From: Acidimicrobiia bacterium
Lineage (GTDB): Bacteria > Actinomycetota > Acidimicrobiia > Spongiisociales > ZC4RG35
Reading direction: 5' to 3'
DNA length: 64,000 bases
Assembly (NCBI GenBank): GCA_965215185.1
Contig: OZ244034.1
Span: 1,152,001-1,216,000, forward strand
Shown here in pieces: positions 38,406 to 48,197 of this stretch; position 1 is the first letter of the stretch; each line of letters starts with the position of its first letter. Below the pieces are notes generated by a model that saw only the letters and a program-made list of their open reading frames with translations, was not told the DNA's origin and did not search any database. A program made the position numbers and the translations under genes.

Positions 38406-39587
38406 TCAGGGGGCCGGTCGGTCGTCCCGCACCACCCGGCCGGACTGCATAACGAAGGAGATATCTCTCATCGCCGCCACATCCGACAACGGGTTTTCTT
38501 CAACGGCGACCAGATCAGCAACTTTACCCTCCTCAACGGTACCGATTTCCGACTCCAATCCCAAGAGCCGAGCGGCGTTGGAAGTGGCCCCCGCCAGCGC
38601 CAGTTGCGGGTGCAGACCGGCGCCTTCCATAAGCCCCATCTCGTGCACCGCCACCGAGGTTCCCCCGATGGGATCACCGGGGGGATAGTCGGTTCCGTTC
38701 ACCATGGTCACCCCGGCCGCCACCGCCCGGCGGATGCTGGCCAGGTGCATGGGACCTACCTGTAGAGAGGTCTCGATCTGGAATTCTTCGAATCCCTTCC
38801 ATCTCATCCACTCTTGTGAGCGGGTGACACATAGGGTGGGAGTAAGGAACACTCCTTTTGCCGCCATCCTCCCAGCCGTCTCCTCGTCCAAGTCGTAAGC
38901 GTGCTCGAAGGAGCGGATTCCGGCATCCAGGGCCCGCTTGATGGCCAGGGAGGATCCAGCATGAGCCACCACATAGGTGTCGCGATCGGAAGCGGCGTCC
39001 ACCGTCGCCTGCATCTCGGCCAGGCTCATCTCCGGATGGTCAAACTTCTCTCCCATATTGGCGATTCCCCCGGTGATGAACACCTTGATGTGTGAACAAC
39101 CCGAATCCAATTCAGCCAGGGCCGCCTCGCGGAAGGCCTCCGGTCCGTCGGCAATAACGCTGCCAATCCCATCGCCATGACCGCCGGTAGTGGAGATCGC
39201 CCGACCGGCCCCCACGATCCTGGGAACATCAGCCCAGCCGGCCCGAGCCGCCTTTGCCAGCAGCAAGTCCGCCTGATTCAACTCATGCACGCAGCGGATG
39301 GTGGTGACTCCCGCCCGCAGGGCATCCTGCGCCCTCTGATAGGAGCGGAGCACGGTGAGCCCCGGATTCTCATTTTCGTCGGTGGCGGAAAAGGGATAGA
39401 CCACCGACAGATGAGTATGCACCGAGATCAGACCGGGAACCAAATAACGCCCATCTAGGCTAATTCGTTCCCCGGCGCCCGGCTGTTTTTGGATAGAGCC
39501 GATCCTTCCTTCGGAGATCTCCACACTCACCCCGTCCCGGATCTCCCCGGTGACAACATCCACCACCCTGGCATCGGTCAGCCACAT
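38406..39587 (-). CDS. Metal-dependent amidohydrolase (Xaa-Pro dipeptidase-like TIM barrel)
   Basis: PGLISVHTH, IKVF, AHA, EHA, GTD. AGGAGG 6 nt upstream of ATG 39587. Confidence 0.9.
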   Translation of the reverse strand: MWLTDARVVDVVTGEIRDGVSVEISEGRIGSIQKQPGAGERISLDGRYLVPGLISVHTHLSVVYPFSATDENENPGLTVLRSYQRAQDALRAGVTTIRCVHELNQADLLLAKAARAGWADVPRIVGAGRAISTTGGHGDGIGSVIADGPEAFREAALAELDSGCSHIKVFITGGIANMGEKFDHPEMSLAEMQATVDAASDRDTYVVAHAGSSLAIKRALDAGIRSFEHAYDLDEETAGRMAAKGVFLTPTLCVTRSQEWMRWKGFEEFQIETSLQVGPMHLASIRRAVAAGVTMVNGTDYPPGDPIGGTSVAVHEMGLMEGAGLHPQLALAGATSNAARLLGLESEIGTVEEGKVADLVAVEENPLSDVAAMRDISFVMQSGRVVRDDRPAP

Positions 39588-39589
39588 CT

Positions 39590-42280
39590 TCAACCTCCTT
39601 GTTCTATTTTTTCGGCAACTGTCCGGGCTCTGGCGAGCCAGGAATTTTCTTCCCCGCGCCGTCGCAGACGGTTGCGGAGTTCGGGATCTTTGGAGTCTGC
39701 CAGCGCCAGATCCAGCGCCTTTGACATTCCCTCAGCATCACAATAGGAATGCACTTCCGGAAAAGCCACAACTTCCGGCATCTTGCTACACACCACCGGT
39801 TTTCCTCCCGCGAAGTATTCAAATAGCTTGAGCGGGGATGTAGACACAGTGATCTCGCTGACCACAAACGGGATCATGGCCACATCGAAGGACTGAAGCC
39901 ATCTGGGCAGGTCCTGATAGGGCTGAGCGGTGACCCATTCCACATTAGGCAGGGTGAACACCGGGCGGTTCTTAGCGCTCTGGTCATAGGCGGGTCCAAT
40001 CAGCAGAAAGCTCCAGTCTTTTCGCTTCTCGGCCACCTCGGCCAGCAAGTCGTAATCCATCCAGCGGGCGATGGCGCCGTAGTAGCCGACGATAGGCCGG
40101 CCTTCCTGGAGGAAGCGTTGGAGGGCAGGATGAGCAGGTGAGGATACTTCCCAGTTGGCGAAATGCTCGAACTCCACCGCGTTGGGCAGATATATGGTGT
40201 CCGGGCGGTGTTCGCTTGCCTTTTCCAGCAGACTCCGGGCGCTGGCCGAGGTCATCGCAGCCCCCGAGAGAGCCAGGTCATGAAGTCCGTGCAGTTTATT
40301 CAGGTCGTACCCGTCGAAGACATCAAGTTCATCTATCCAGTCGTAGAGAGTCCGGGTTCCCTCCGGGAAGTCGGCGGCGCGTTCCCAGTTGTAGGTGAGC
40401 GCCCAAACCAGCGGATCGGGCAGGAGATGGAGAACCTCGGGAGGACCGTTGTAAAGGAAAAGTCGGGGCTCGATCTCTTCCCACCCGGGCTTTCCCTGGT
40501 TGGAATTGTCGAAGATCACGGTGTAACCCAGACGGGCAAAGGCTTGGGCAAGTTGCTGTGGTCTTTGAAACAGATGGACATACCAGTCGATGTTGAGCAG
40601 AAAGACCACGACTCCCCGGCTGTCGGCAATCCGGTCGGTGACCACATCAGGAATCGGCGACTGCGGACCGTCAGATGAAGACGGATGTTCGCTCTGCGGC
40701 TTCCCGGCCAGCCTCATGGCCTTCTGGCGGAGCTTGCTGCGGACCCTCCAATATTTGGTCACCATTTGGATGGCGCGGGTTTGACGTAGATCGTCGAGTT
40801 CCAACTGGAGCAAATCGCCTCGTCGCTCCGCAAACTGGTGCTGATCGTATGCCGCCTGCACTTCCTCACGGGCCAGTTGCAACTCCTCACGGGCCAACTG
40901 CAATTCATCCTGAGTAGACCGGAGTGCGTCCTCTTTCCTGATGATGCGGTTCCGAAGATCCAGATTGTCTCCCTTGGTGTTATCCAAATTGGTCTGCGTT
41001 TCGGAAAGATTCCGGGTGAGAGCTAGGGCAATCTCCTTTTGGATGGCCTGAAAACCGCTGGATGGCGTTTCGTCCATCCCCCCGGCCATAGCCTTGTCGA
41101 CCGAAGATCGGAAAGAACGGGCCTTGCCCAGCATCGATTCCGCCTGAACGTACATGAAATGAGAGAGGTCGGGACAATTCCTCCAGACTTCTTCAAGTGA
41201 TTCATTCAAGCGGGCCCAGGAGCCCTCATCATCGGAAAGGCTCCAACGGCCAAGGCCAAGTTCGGTGACCATACGGGTCACTTTGGGATCGTAAGAAACC
41301 GACACCGAAGGGGTTCGGTTCATCGCCGCCAGGATGGTTCCGTGCAATCGCATGTTGAGGGCCAAATCGCACCGCCCAAATACCGTGAGCAGTTGACCGG
41401 GGTTGAGACCGGGTGGGACGACATACACATTGGCAGTCATCTGTTCACTCATGCGGTCACAACAACGGCGGTCGTCGAAGTCCCCGGAGCCCAACTCTTG
41501 CATAGGGACGAAAACCACTGACCCACCGTTCTTCTCACAGAAGATGTCCAGGGCCTCGGCCAACTCTTGCTCCCGCTTGGCCTGAACCCCCGAAGGCCCC
41601 CATGATCGGGGAGCCACTGCAACTAGTGGTCGGACCGCACTCGAGAGCATCTCGTTCACATCCGCGGGCAATTCGTCCGGTTTGATCAGCCAAGCGGGGT
41701 CCCCAACCACCTGGGAATCAACAATGCCAAGCGACTCCAGTTCGGATTGGTCCTCTTGGGTCCGGACCGTGAATACCGAGGAGACCTCGGCCAATGCCTT
41801 CACCCAGCGCCGGGATCTGCCGCTATGAAAGGGACCCACCCCCACTCCCCACACCAGGACCGGACGCCCGACGGCGGCGGCGGCGAAAGCAGGCCCCAGA
41901 TAGCCGGGAATATCCCCCGCCTCTCGGCTAAGAACATGCTCCGGTCGGAAACCCCACTGGTCGGACAGGAGACCCCCTCCCCCCACTATCACCATCCGGG
42001 ACCGATAGGCAGCGGACAACACCGCCGGGATGTCGGCCCGGTCCACAGCAAGAACCCCGTGTCTGACCAAGGTGTCCTCAGGGTCCCCGGACACAACCAC
42101 CCAGCGCCCTGCGGGCGACACCTGCCGAAGGAGCCTCAACATCCCGGCTAGGATGGCTTCATCTCCGAGGTTCTGGAATCCGTAGTGACCAACGATCAAT
42201 GCATCGGGTGAAACAGAAATGTCTGTTACTCCACTTGCGGACGACGAACCGACGCTTGACACGAACTCAAAGGCTATCAC
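39590..42280 (-). CDS. Polysaccharide pyruvyl transferase (CsaB-like) - coiled coil - glycosyltransferase (GT4-like) fusion
   Basis: N-terminal GHYGFQNLGDEAI, GGGGL, MRLHG, SYDPKV. Central heptad repeats. C-terminal FQRPQQLA and SPLKLFEYFAGGKPVV. Start uncertain. Confidence 0.87.
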   Translation of the reverse strand: MIAFEFVSSVGSSSASGVTDISVSPDALIVGHYGFQNLGDEAILAGMLRLLRQVSPAGRWVVVSGDPEDTLVRHGVLAVDRADIPAVLSAAYRSRMVIVGGGGLLSDQWGFRPEHVLSREAGDIPGYLGPAFAAAAVGRPVLVWGVGVGPFHSGRSRRWVKALAEVSSVFTVRTQEDQSELESLGIVDSQVVGDPAWLIKPDELPADVNEMLSSAVRPLVAVAPRSWGPSGVQAKREQELAEALDIFCEKNGGSVVFVPMQELGSGDFDDRRCCDRMSEQMTANVYVVPPGLNPGQLLTVFGRCDLALNMRLHGTILAAMNRTPSVSVSYDPKVTRMVTELGLGRWSLSDDEGSWARLNESLEEVWRNCPDLSHFMYVQAESMLGKARSFRSSVDKAMAGGMDETPSSGFQAIQKEIALALTRNLSETQTNLDNTKGDNLDLRNRIIRKEDALRSTQDELQLAREELQLAREEVQAAYDQHQFAERRGDLLQLELDDLRQTRAIQMVTKYWRVRSKLRQKAMRLAGKPQSEHPSSSDGPQSPIPDVVTDRIADSRGVVVFLLNIDWYVHLFQRPQQLAQAFARLGYTVIFDNSNQGKPGWEEIEPRLFLYNGPPEVLHLLPDPLVWALTYNWERAADFPEGTRTLYDWIDELDVFDGYDLNKLHGLHDLALSGAAMTSASARSLLEKASEHRPDTIYLPNAVEFEHFANWEVSSPAHPALQRFLQEGRPIVGYYGAIARWMDYDLLAEVAEKRKDWSFLLIGPAYDQSAKNRPVFTLPNVEWVTAQPYQDLPRWLQSFDVAMIPFVVSEITVSTSPLKLFEYFAGGKPVVCSKMPEVVAFPEVHSYCDAEGMSKALDLALADSKDPELRNRLRRRGEENSWLARARTVAEKIEQGG
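40863..40904. repeat. 21-bp tandem repeat encoding a duplicated coiled-coil heptad (ELQLARE)
   Basis: TCCTCACGGGCCAGTTGCAAC followed by TCCTCACGGGCCAACTGCAAT. Confidence 0.75.
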
Positions 42281-42301
42281 GCAAAACAGGAGGATGGTTT
42301 A

Positions 42302-43558
42302 ATGCCGTTTGACCTGACCGCCGCCCTAGAGGCCGCCGACAACCTGCGCGGCTACGAAACAGGAATGCTCTCCTCTTTGGTCTCCTGCCTTAGCGTGCGC
42401 GCCGAGGCATCCGATGTGCATGAATTGTGCGCTAAAGAACTGGAGGGGTTGGGAATGGAGGTGGAGTTGGTCGTTCCCCGGGTGGAAGAGTTGGAAAGCC
42501 ACCCCGAGTGGTGTCCCCCAAGTCCGGCCAGCATCGAACCGGGACGGCTGGTAAGCGTGCTGGGATCATATGGTGAAGGTCCGGGCATTTTCTTGTTTGC
42601 CCATACCGATACCGAGCCCCCCGATCCCCGTGGTGCCTGGGATACCGATCCCTACCGGGCGACGGAGGTGGGAAATCGGATCTACGGCGTGGGCGCCGCT
42701 GACGACAAGGCAGGGGTGGTTTCGGTGCTGGCCGCCGCCCGGGCTCTGCTCCCTCACCTGGCGGGAGTGCGGCTGGTGGTAGGGCTTGTGCACAGCAAGC
42801 TGGGGGGCGGTTTGGGGACGCTTCCCACCATTGCACGGGTAGGAAATGTGGATACCTCCATCTACTGTCACCCGGCGGAGACTGGTCAGGGAATGACCCA
42901 CTTCAAGATCGCCACCCGCGGCTTTTTCAACTTTCGCATCGAGACGGTGGGCAGGCGCCCCGACCCGGTGGAGATCCGCACACCCAACTCCGAGGATCCC
43001 CGCCAGGGAGTCAACGCCTTTACACGTCTGCGGCGAGTCCTGGACGAGGTGGACCGATGGGCAGACCGGGAAGGGATGCTGTGCTCGGTGAACTGGATTT
43101 CGGCAGGCATCAATCCGATCACGCTGCCCGAGCATGCTGTGGCAGAGGGGTCCGTCTGGTTCCGCCACGGGACAGTATCCGAAGTCTACGAGGGCCTGAA
43201 CCAATGCGCCCTAGGGGCGGGGGCGCTCTCCACGCAATTGTTCGGCCTCCAATCGAACCCAGCCGAGATTCCTCCCGATCATCCTCTGGTAACAGCCACC
43301 ACCCTCGCGATTGGCGCCGAAACCGGAATCACTCCCGCCGTATACCCGGCCCATGTAGCCAGCGACATCCGCTTTCCGATCCGCTGCCTGAACGCCGCCA
43401 CGGTGGGATTCGGCGCCAAGGCCGGAAACTTCTATGGCCCCAACGAGTGGGTGGATGCCGAGGACATGCACCGCGCCACCCGAGTGATAGTGCGGATCGT
43501 TTCTGCCTGGGCCGACCAGGCGACCAGCGGTAGTCCCTGGCCGCGTTTGGGTAGTTAG
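42302..43558 (+). CDS. M20/ArgE-like metallohydrolase with atypical active site
   Basis: FAHTD, IYGVGAADDKAG, GVNA, GPNEWV. AGGAGG RBS upstream. Confidence 0.85.
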   Translation: MPFDLTAALEAADNLRGYETGMLSSLVSCLSVRAEASDVHELCAKELEGLGMEVELVVPRVEELESHPEWCPPSPASIEPGRLVSVLGSYGEGPGIFLFAHTDTEPPDPRGAWDTDPYRATEVGNRIYGVGAADDKAGVVSVLAAARALLPHLAGVRLVVGLVHSKLGGGLGTLPTIARVGNVDTSIYCHPAETGQGMTHFKIATRGFFNFRIETVGRRPDPVEIRTPNSEDPRQGVNAFTRLRRVLDEVDRWADREGMLCSVNWISAGINPITLPEHAVAEGSVWFRHGTVSEVYEGLNQCALGAGALSTQLFGLQSNPAEIPPDHPLVTATTLAIGAETGITPAVYPAHVASDIRFPIRCLNAATVGFGAKAGNFYGPNEWVDAEDMHRATRVIVRIVSAWADQATSGSPWPRLGS

Positions 43559-43839
43559 TGCTTTCGGCTGTGGCGTTGGTCGGGTGACGATTGCCGACAG
43601 TAACCGGCCAAAAGCTCAGTCGCTATTAAGGGCCTGAGATTGCCGATTCGGAACCAAGCTTCTCTCCGATAGGACCTTGGAGCATCCCGTATCCCCACGG
43701 GACGCACACCCACCCAAACCTGGACAACTCGCGAAAACAACGGCAAGGAGACGGCGGGGGAGGGAACCCAACAGGAAACAAACCACCCACCCCGAAATTC
43801 GCGACTTAGCGTCGCCGTGAATGACTCTCTACTTGAAGG

Positions 43840-44595
43840 TTAAGAAATGGATTGGCCGCCGTCGAGGTAGATGGTGGAGCCGGTGGCCATTCTTGAGTCT
43901 TCGCAGGCTAGGAATACTGCGGCGCCGACTATGTCTTCGGGTACGCCGATGATGCCTAGGGGAATCCTGGTCAATCGGTATTTGCGAAAACTCGGCTCGG
44001 AGAGGTCAGATCGGTTCAAGTCGGTCTCGATCAGTCCGGGGCCGATGGCGTTGGTGCGGATTCCGTACTGAGCGAGCTCGAACGCAAGTTGGCGGGTGAG
44101 CATCTGTACGCCTCCCTTGGCCACGCAGTAGTGGGTTAGGTCCTTTCCAGCTATCTTGTCTCCTGCCGACGACATGTTGATGATCACCCCGCCATCTCCC
44201 TGACGGACCATCTGTTTGGCAGCGGCCTGCGAACACAGGAAAAAACCTTTCAGGTTCACCGCCAGGATCCGATCCCACTCTGACTCCTCGATCTGGAGGA
44301 AAGGGGTCCGGATCAGGATGCCGGCGTTATTCACCAATATGTCTATCCGCCCGAAGTTGTCAACGGCAGCCGCAATTAGAGCGGCCACGTCTGATGATGA
44401 GGAGGTATCGGCTCTCACCGCGATGGCCTCCGAGCCCATTTGTTCGATTTCGGCCACCGCCGAGTGGGCAGCTTCCGCATCGCTGTGATAGTTGACCACT
44501 ACTTTCGCCCCTTCTCGCCCGTACCCGAGGGCGATGGCCCTCCCGATAGAACGGGAGGACCCAGTGACGATCGCTACTTTGTCTCTTAACCGCAT
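43840..44595 (-). CDS. SDR oxidoreductase (glucose 1-dehydrogenase/FabG-like)
   Basis: TGSSRSIG, VNNAG, YCVAK, LDGG. Start at ATG 44595. Confidence 0.92.
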   Translation of the reverse strand: MRLRDKVAIVTGSSRSIGRAIALGYGREGAKVVVNYHSDAEAAHSAVAEIEQMGSEAIAVRADTSSSSDVAALIAAAVDNFGRIDILVNNAGILIRTPFLQIEESEWDRILAVNLKGFFLCSQAAAKQMVRQGDGGVIINMSSAGDKIAGKDLTHYCVAKGGVQMLTRQLAFELAQYGIRTNAIGPGLIETDLNRSDLSEPSFRKYRLTRIPLGIIGVPEDIVGAAVFLACEDSRMATGSTIYLDGGQSIS

Positions 44596-44614
44596 GGTTG
44601 GTTTCCGATCCCGA

Positions 44615-45655
44615 CTATTCCAGCTCGAAACCGGGAACCACGAATTTACCCCGATCGATGATCTGAGTGTCCCCGATGGCAATCGAGTGGTTGCGGGTGG
44701 GGATGTCATAGTGGAAGTTCACCCGGTTTTCACCGCCAAGCTTGCGGAAAAAGTTGGCACCGAAGGCGATGAGCATGTTGCCGTAATAGCTTTCGGTGTC
44801 CATCACTCCCCCACCTTCCCAGAAGCGCAGCCCCAACGCGTTCCAGTTGGCCCGGTGCTCGTAACCCCAGCCAATGTGGGAAACACCGTAGGCCCGCTTG
44901 TCCTTGGGAAGCTCGAAGAAGTCCTTGAGAAGCCGGGCATCGGCGCCACCATCGATGGAAACGACGCTTCCTTCCCGCAACTCCATACGGATCGGGTCGT
45001 TGACGTATCGTCCCATCGGCAACAGCGCGTCACCTGCGTCTACCACCAAGGTGCCTTCCGCTGAATCCTCCAGCGGCGCAACGCCACACTGCCCCGACGG
45101 CCAATGATCCCACCGTCCGGGCTCATCGGTGTAGCCGTACTGCGATCCGAGCGGACGACCCGTGTAACGAACTGTCAGATCGGTCCCGGCATCCGACCAG
45201 ACCCGCATGATGTCCGACGTCGCCATGTACTTCACGCTCGCCTCGCCGCGCTTGCGAATAATGGGAATCGGAAACAGGCGGCGCAAGTGGTCTTCGGGCT
45301 CTTCAATCATCAAGCTGCGAACGCCGGCCTCCAAGGCCTCGTTGTGGGCGTCGGAATAGATCCAGTGCGATCCCATGCTGGCCAAAAAGCCCACTACCAA
45401 GTCCGACCCCTTCCAGGCGTCGACGATGGTGCGCGATTTCATCCAGGAATCATCGGAGGCCACCATGATCTGAAAAAAGTCGCCATCCAGCACCGCCACC
45501 GCTCCCATCAGGGCGGTCACATAGGCCGGGTTACTCTGGGTGTTGGTGAAAGCCATAACAGTTTGTCCGGGGCCAACCCCGCACAACTCCATATGGTCTC
45601 TGAACATCGGCACCAATTCGGCGCCGGCTGCGGCTGTGGTAGGAACTCTACGCAA
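44615..45655 (-). CDS. 2,5-dihydroxypyridine 5,6-dioxygenase-like protein (NicX / aminopeptidase M29-like fold)
   Basis: QYGYTDEPGRWDHWPSG, SHIGWG and HYDIP recall NicX including its His/His/Asp iron ligands. AAGGAG RBS before the TTG. Confidence 0.75.
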   Translation of the reverse strand: MRRVPTTAAAGAELVPMFRDHMELCGVGPGQTVMAFTNTQSNPAYVTALMGAVAVLDGDFFQIMVASDDSWMKSRTIVDAWKGSDLVVGFLASMGSHWIYSDAHNEALEAGVRSLMIEEPEDHLRRLFPIPIIRKRGEASVKYMATSDIMRVWSDAGTDLTVRYTGRPLGSQYGYTDEPGRWDHWPSGQCGVAPLEDSAEGTLVVDAGDALLPMGRYVNDPIRMELREGSVVSIDGGADARLLKDFFELPKDKRAYGVSHIGWGYEHRANWNALGLRFWEGGGVMDTESYYGNMLIAFGANFFRKLGGENRVNFHYDIPTRNHSIAIGDTQIIDRGKFVVPGFELE

Positions 45656-45833
45656 CGGTCTTCTCCTTTAGGGCTCTGGGCCTATCGTACCCCGTCTCAC
45701 CCCCCGGTGCCCAGCTAAGACAACCACGAACTTCCCAACCAGCCATGGTTGGCGTCGCACTATCCACCCACCCCCCGTGCCAAAGCCCCAGGCGTAGGGA
45801 TCAGCTTTGAAAGGTCACAACTGTCGAGGTCAC

Positions 45834-48131
45834 TCACTTGATCACGATAAGGCTGAACCCGGAGCCATATATCACGATGCCCAAGTCATCAATCCCGTCA
45901 ACTTGCTCTTCCCACACTTCCTCGAACGTCTCGACCTTGACAAACTCCTCGTTCACCTGGAACTTGTGGCTGGCGTGATAACTCCACAAGGTGAAGAAGG
46001 TACGGAACTTTCGGCCGGGAGCGTATAACTCGACTTCCTCAAGACTTAGACCCGGAGTGGTGGCGAACTCGCGATTCCGGAGTTCCTCAAGTTCCTTCTC
46101 ATCCTGGGCGTCCTTCACGATCCAGACAATTAAACGAGAATCCACATAACTGATCTCGTTCGAGTCCAAGGCGTCGTCCCTATCTCTGTCACTGAAAATC
46201 TCAGCATCGATGCTGACAAGGAACTCATAACTATTCCTGAAACCAGAGGGGACTTCAATCTCAATATCGGCAGTCACGCCCCTCCGGTTGACAATGATGC
46301 TCGGGGTCCCCGAAGCGCCGGGGGTTGCTTCCACTGTGTAAGTACCGTCACCAAAAGGAGTCAGGGCATGGTATAGCTGGTAACTCAGGGTGGCAGACAG
46401 GTCAGTATTGGACCTTCCCGTGTAGCGAGAGTCCGTACCCCGCAGGGTCGCTCCGTATTGGTCGAGCAACTCGTATTCAACGGTGAATTCAATCCTGTCG
46501 CCGTCCCGCTCTTGGTACAACTCGAAGTCGGGCTGGGCGGCCACTAAGACGGAGCCACCATCACTCCAGGCAATCTGATGACTTTGCTTTGTGCAACAAT
46601 CTGCCTCGAAAGTCACCGTGTCCAAGCGTTCGTCACTGGTCGGACCCCTCAAGTTGAACGTGGCCTTGCCCGTGCTGTCCGTTAGCACCGGCGTGTCTTC
46701 ACTGGTGTTACGTCCCATGCTGACAAAGCCGGGATCTGGCAGACCACCGGTCACATCCGCAGCTTCCACCCTTATCCGGCGGCTCTCAACTTCGATATCT
46801 ATTGGCACTCCCTCCCTCTCCAAGCGAGTGCCATCTTCATCGAGGAGTTGGATGGCGAATGCCACAGATGAACGTCGATCCAGGTCAACTATGAATGCCC
46901 CGTCACCGCCTATCCGGGCAGCGTTGGCAGGCACGTCGTGCTTCACAAAGAGGCTGTCTGCATCCTTTTCAGACTTTGCTTGGGCCATCGAGAAATCCGA
47001 AATGTCGTCATCGAATTCTTCTCCGTCCCGGCGGCCGACCCAGCCATAGCTGCTCATGGTTGCACCCGGTGTTGCATCAAAATAGGTAAAAACGTTCCCA
47101 TCCAGATCGGTGACCTCGTCTTCGTCATCGTCCCAGACGCAGTCACCCTTTCCCAGGATCACCCCCTCATCACAAGTGCCGTCTCTCTGCAGCCCGCCAC
47201 CGGGATCATCGGTGTAGAACCAGTCCACCGCCCCATCCTCGACAGGAGCGAAGCTGTCGTCGCGAACGGAAACCATCATCACGATTTCGAAATCTTCCAC
47301 ACCCTCAGTGGGTGTCACCTGCACCAGCACGCCTCTTGGGCGCAGATTGGAATGGTCCAGAATCGCCGCCATGAACTCCGCCATCACCGCCCGGGACATG
47401 TCTGTGTTCGGACCATACGTAACGTTGGACAATCCGCTCGCCACCCCCAGTTCGTATAGTTCGATCACCGCTTCGTTGACGGTGTGGGAAACCCTTTCCA
47501 GGTCCTGGAAAGGAGAAGCAACGTCAAAGTTTCCGTCGTTGTCATTGACATCATCGGGTATGAATCCAAATGCCCGTCGCCCGTCTGCCACTGGAACCAT
47601 TCGGTCCATAAGCCGCTGCAAGAAGAGCGCCATCTCGCCGCGGCTGACATTCCGGGCTGGCGCATAGGTAGTGGCGCTTGCGCCGACCGTAATCCCCAAT
47701 TGGTATATCTGGCTGATGGCCTCCCGGGACAATGGCTTCAAATCCGCCACGTCTTCGAAGGGAGTCTCTCCAGCCGGGGGGAGGTTGATGCCCACCAGCC
47801 TGGCAAATCGGACCAATAAAAGCGCCATGTGCTCGCGGATGACCGGCCGGTCCGGCGAAAATGTAGTGGCAGAGGTGCCATTGGTTATCCCGTAGTAAGC
47901 AATGCAATCGATGTCGCCGGCGCTGGGGTGGCCGGCAGACACATCGACAAACCCGGTGCTGGGGATGATGTTCTCCGGGCAAGCCTCCAAAGAGGCACCA
48001 TAGTCGGGCGCCGGGTCGGCGGCCTTGAGAGGTGTCGGGAAGATCACTAACGCGCTGATAAGCAACGATGAAGCGGCCAGCAACCCAACTGAGCGATTCA
48101 AGTTTATGGAGAAGCGAGTTGCCACAAACAC
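45834..48131 (-). CDS. Secreted SLH-domain (S-layer-like) protein
   Basis: Signal peptide, three SLH-like repeats (VIREHMA, VSRGEMA, MSRAVMA), acidic beta-rich C-terminal region. Confidence 0.85.
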   Translation of the reverse strand: MFVATRFSINLNRSVGLLAASSLLISALVIFPTPLKAADPAPDYGASLEACPENIIPSTGFVDVSAGHPSAGDIDCIAYYGITNGTSATTFSPDRPVIREHMALLLVRFARLVGINLPPAGETPFEDVADLKPLSREAISQIYQLGITVGASATTYAPARNVSRGEMALFLQRLMDRMVPVADGRRAFGFIPDDVNDNDGNFDVASPFQDLERVSHTVNEAVIELYELGVASGLSNVTYGPNTDMSRAVMAEFMAAILDHSNLRPRGVLVQVTPTEGVEDFEIVMMVSVRDDSFAPVEDGAVDWFYTDDPGGGLQRDGTCDEGVILGKGDCVWDDDEDEVTDLDGNVFTYFDATPGATMSSYGWVGRRDGEEFDDDISDFSMAQAKSEKDADSLFVKHDVPANAARIGGDGAFIVDLDRRSSVAFAIQLLDEDGTRLEREGVPIDIEVESRRIRVEAADVTGGLPDPGFVSMGRNTSEDTPVLTDSTGKATFNLRGPTSDERLDTVTFEADCCTKQSHQIAWSDGGSVLVAAQPDFELYQERDGDRIEFTVEYELLDQYGATLRGTDSRYTGRSNTDLSATLSYQLYHALTPFGDGTYTVEATPGASGTPSIIVNRRGVTADIEIEVPSGFRNSYEFLVSIDAEIFSDRDRDDALDSNEISYVDSRLIVWIVKDAQDEKELEELRNREFATTPGLSLEEVELYAPGRKFRTFFTLWSYHASHKFQVNEEFVKVETFEEVWEEQVDGIDDLGIVIYGSGFSLIVIK

Positions 48132-48197
48132 CTCACGGCACTGGCGAAGGGACTTATCGTACCGAGTCCAACCCGCGTCCCTCCCGCCGTCACCCTT

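Noticed and set aside
45705-45802. TPP-riboswitch-like words (GGTGC..GCTAAGA..GCGTAGGGA)
   Set aside because: The core CTGAGA and ACCTGA motifs are imperfect, spacing is wrong, and no + strand gene follows.
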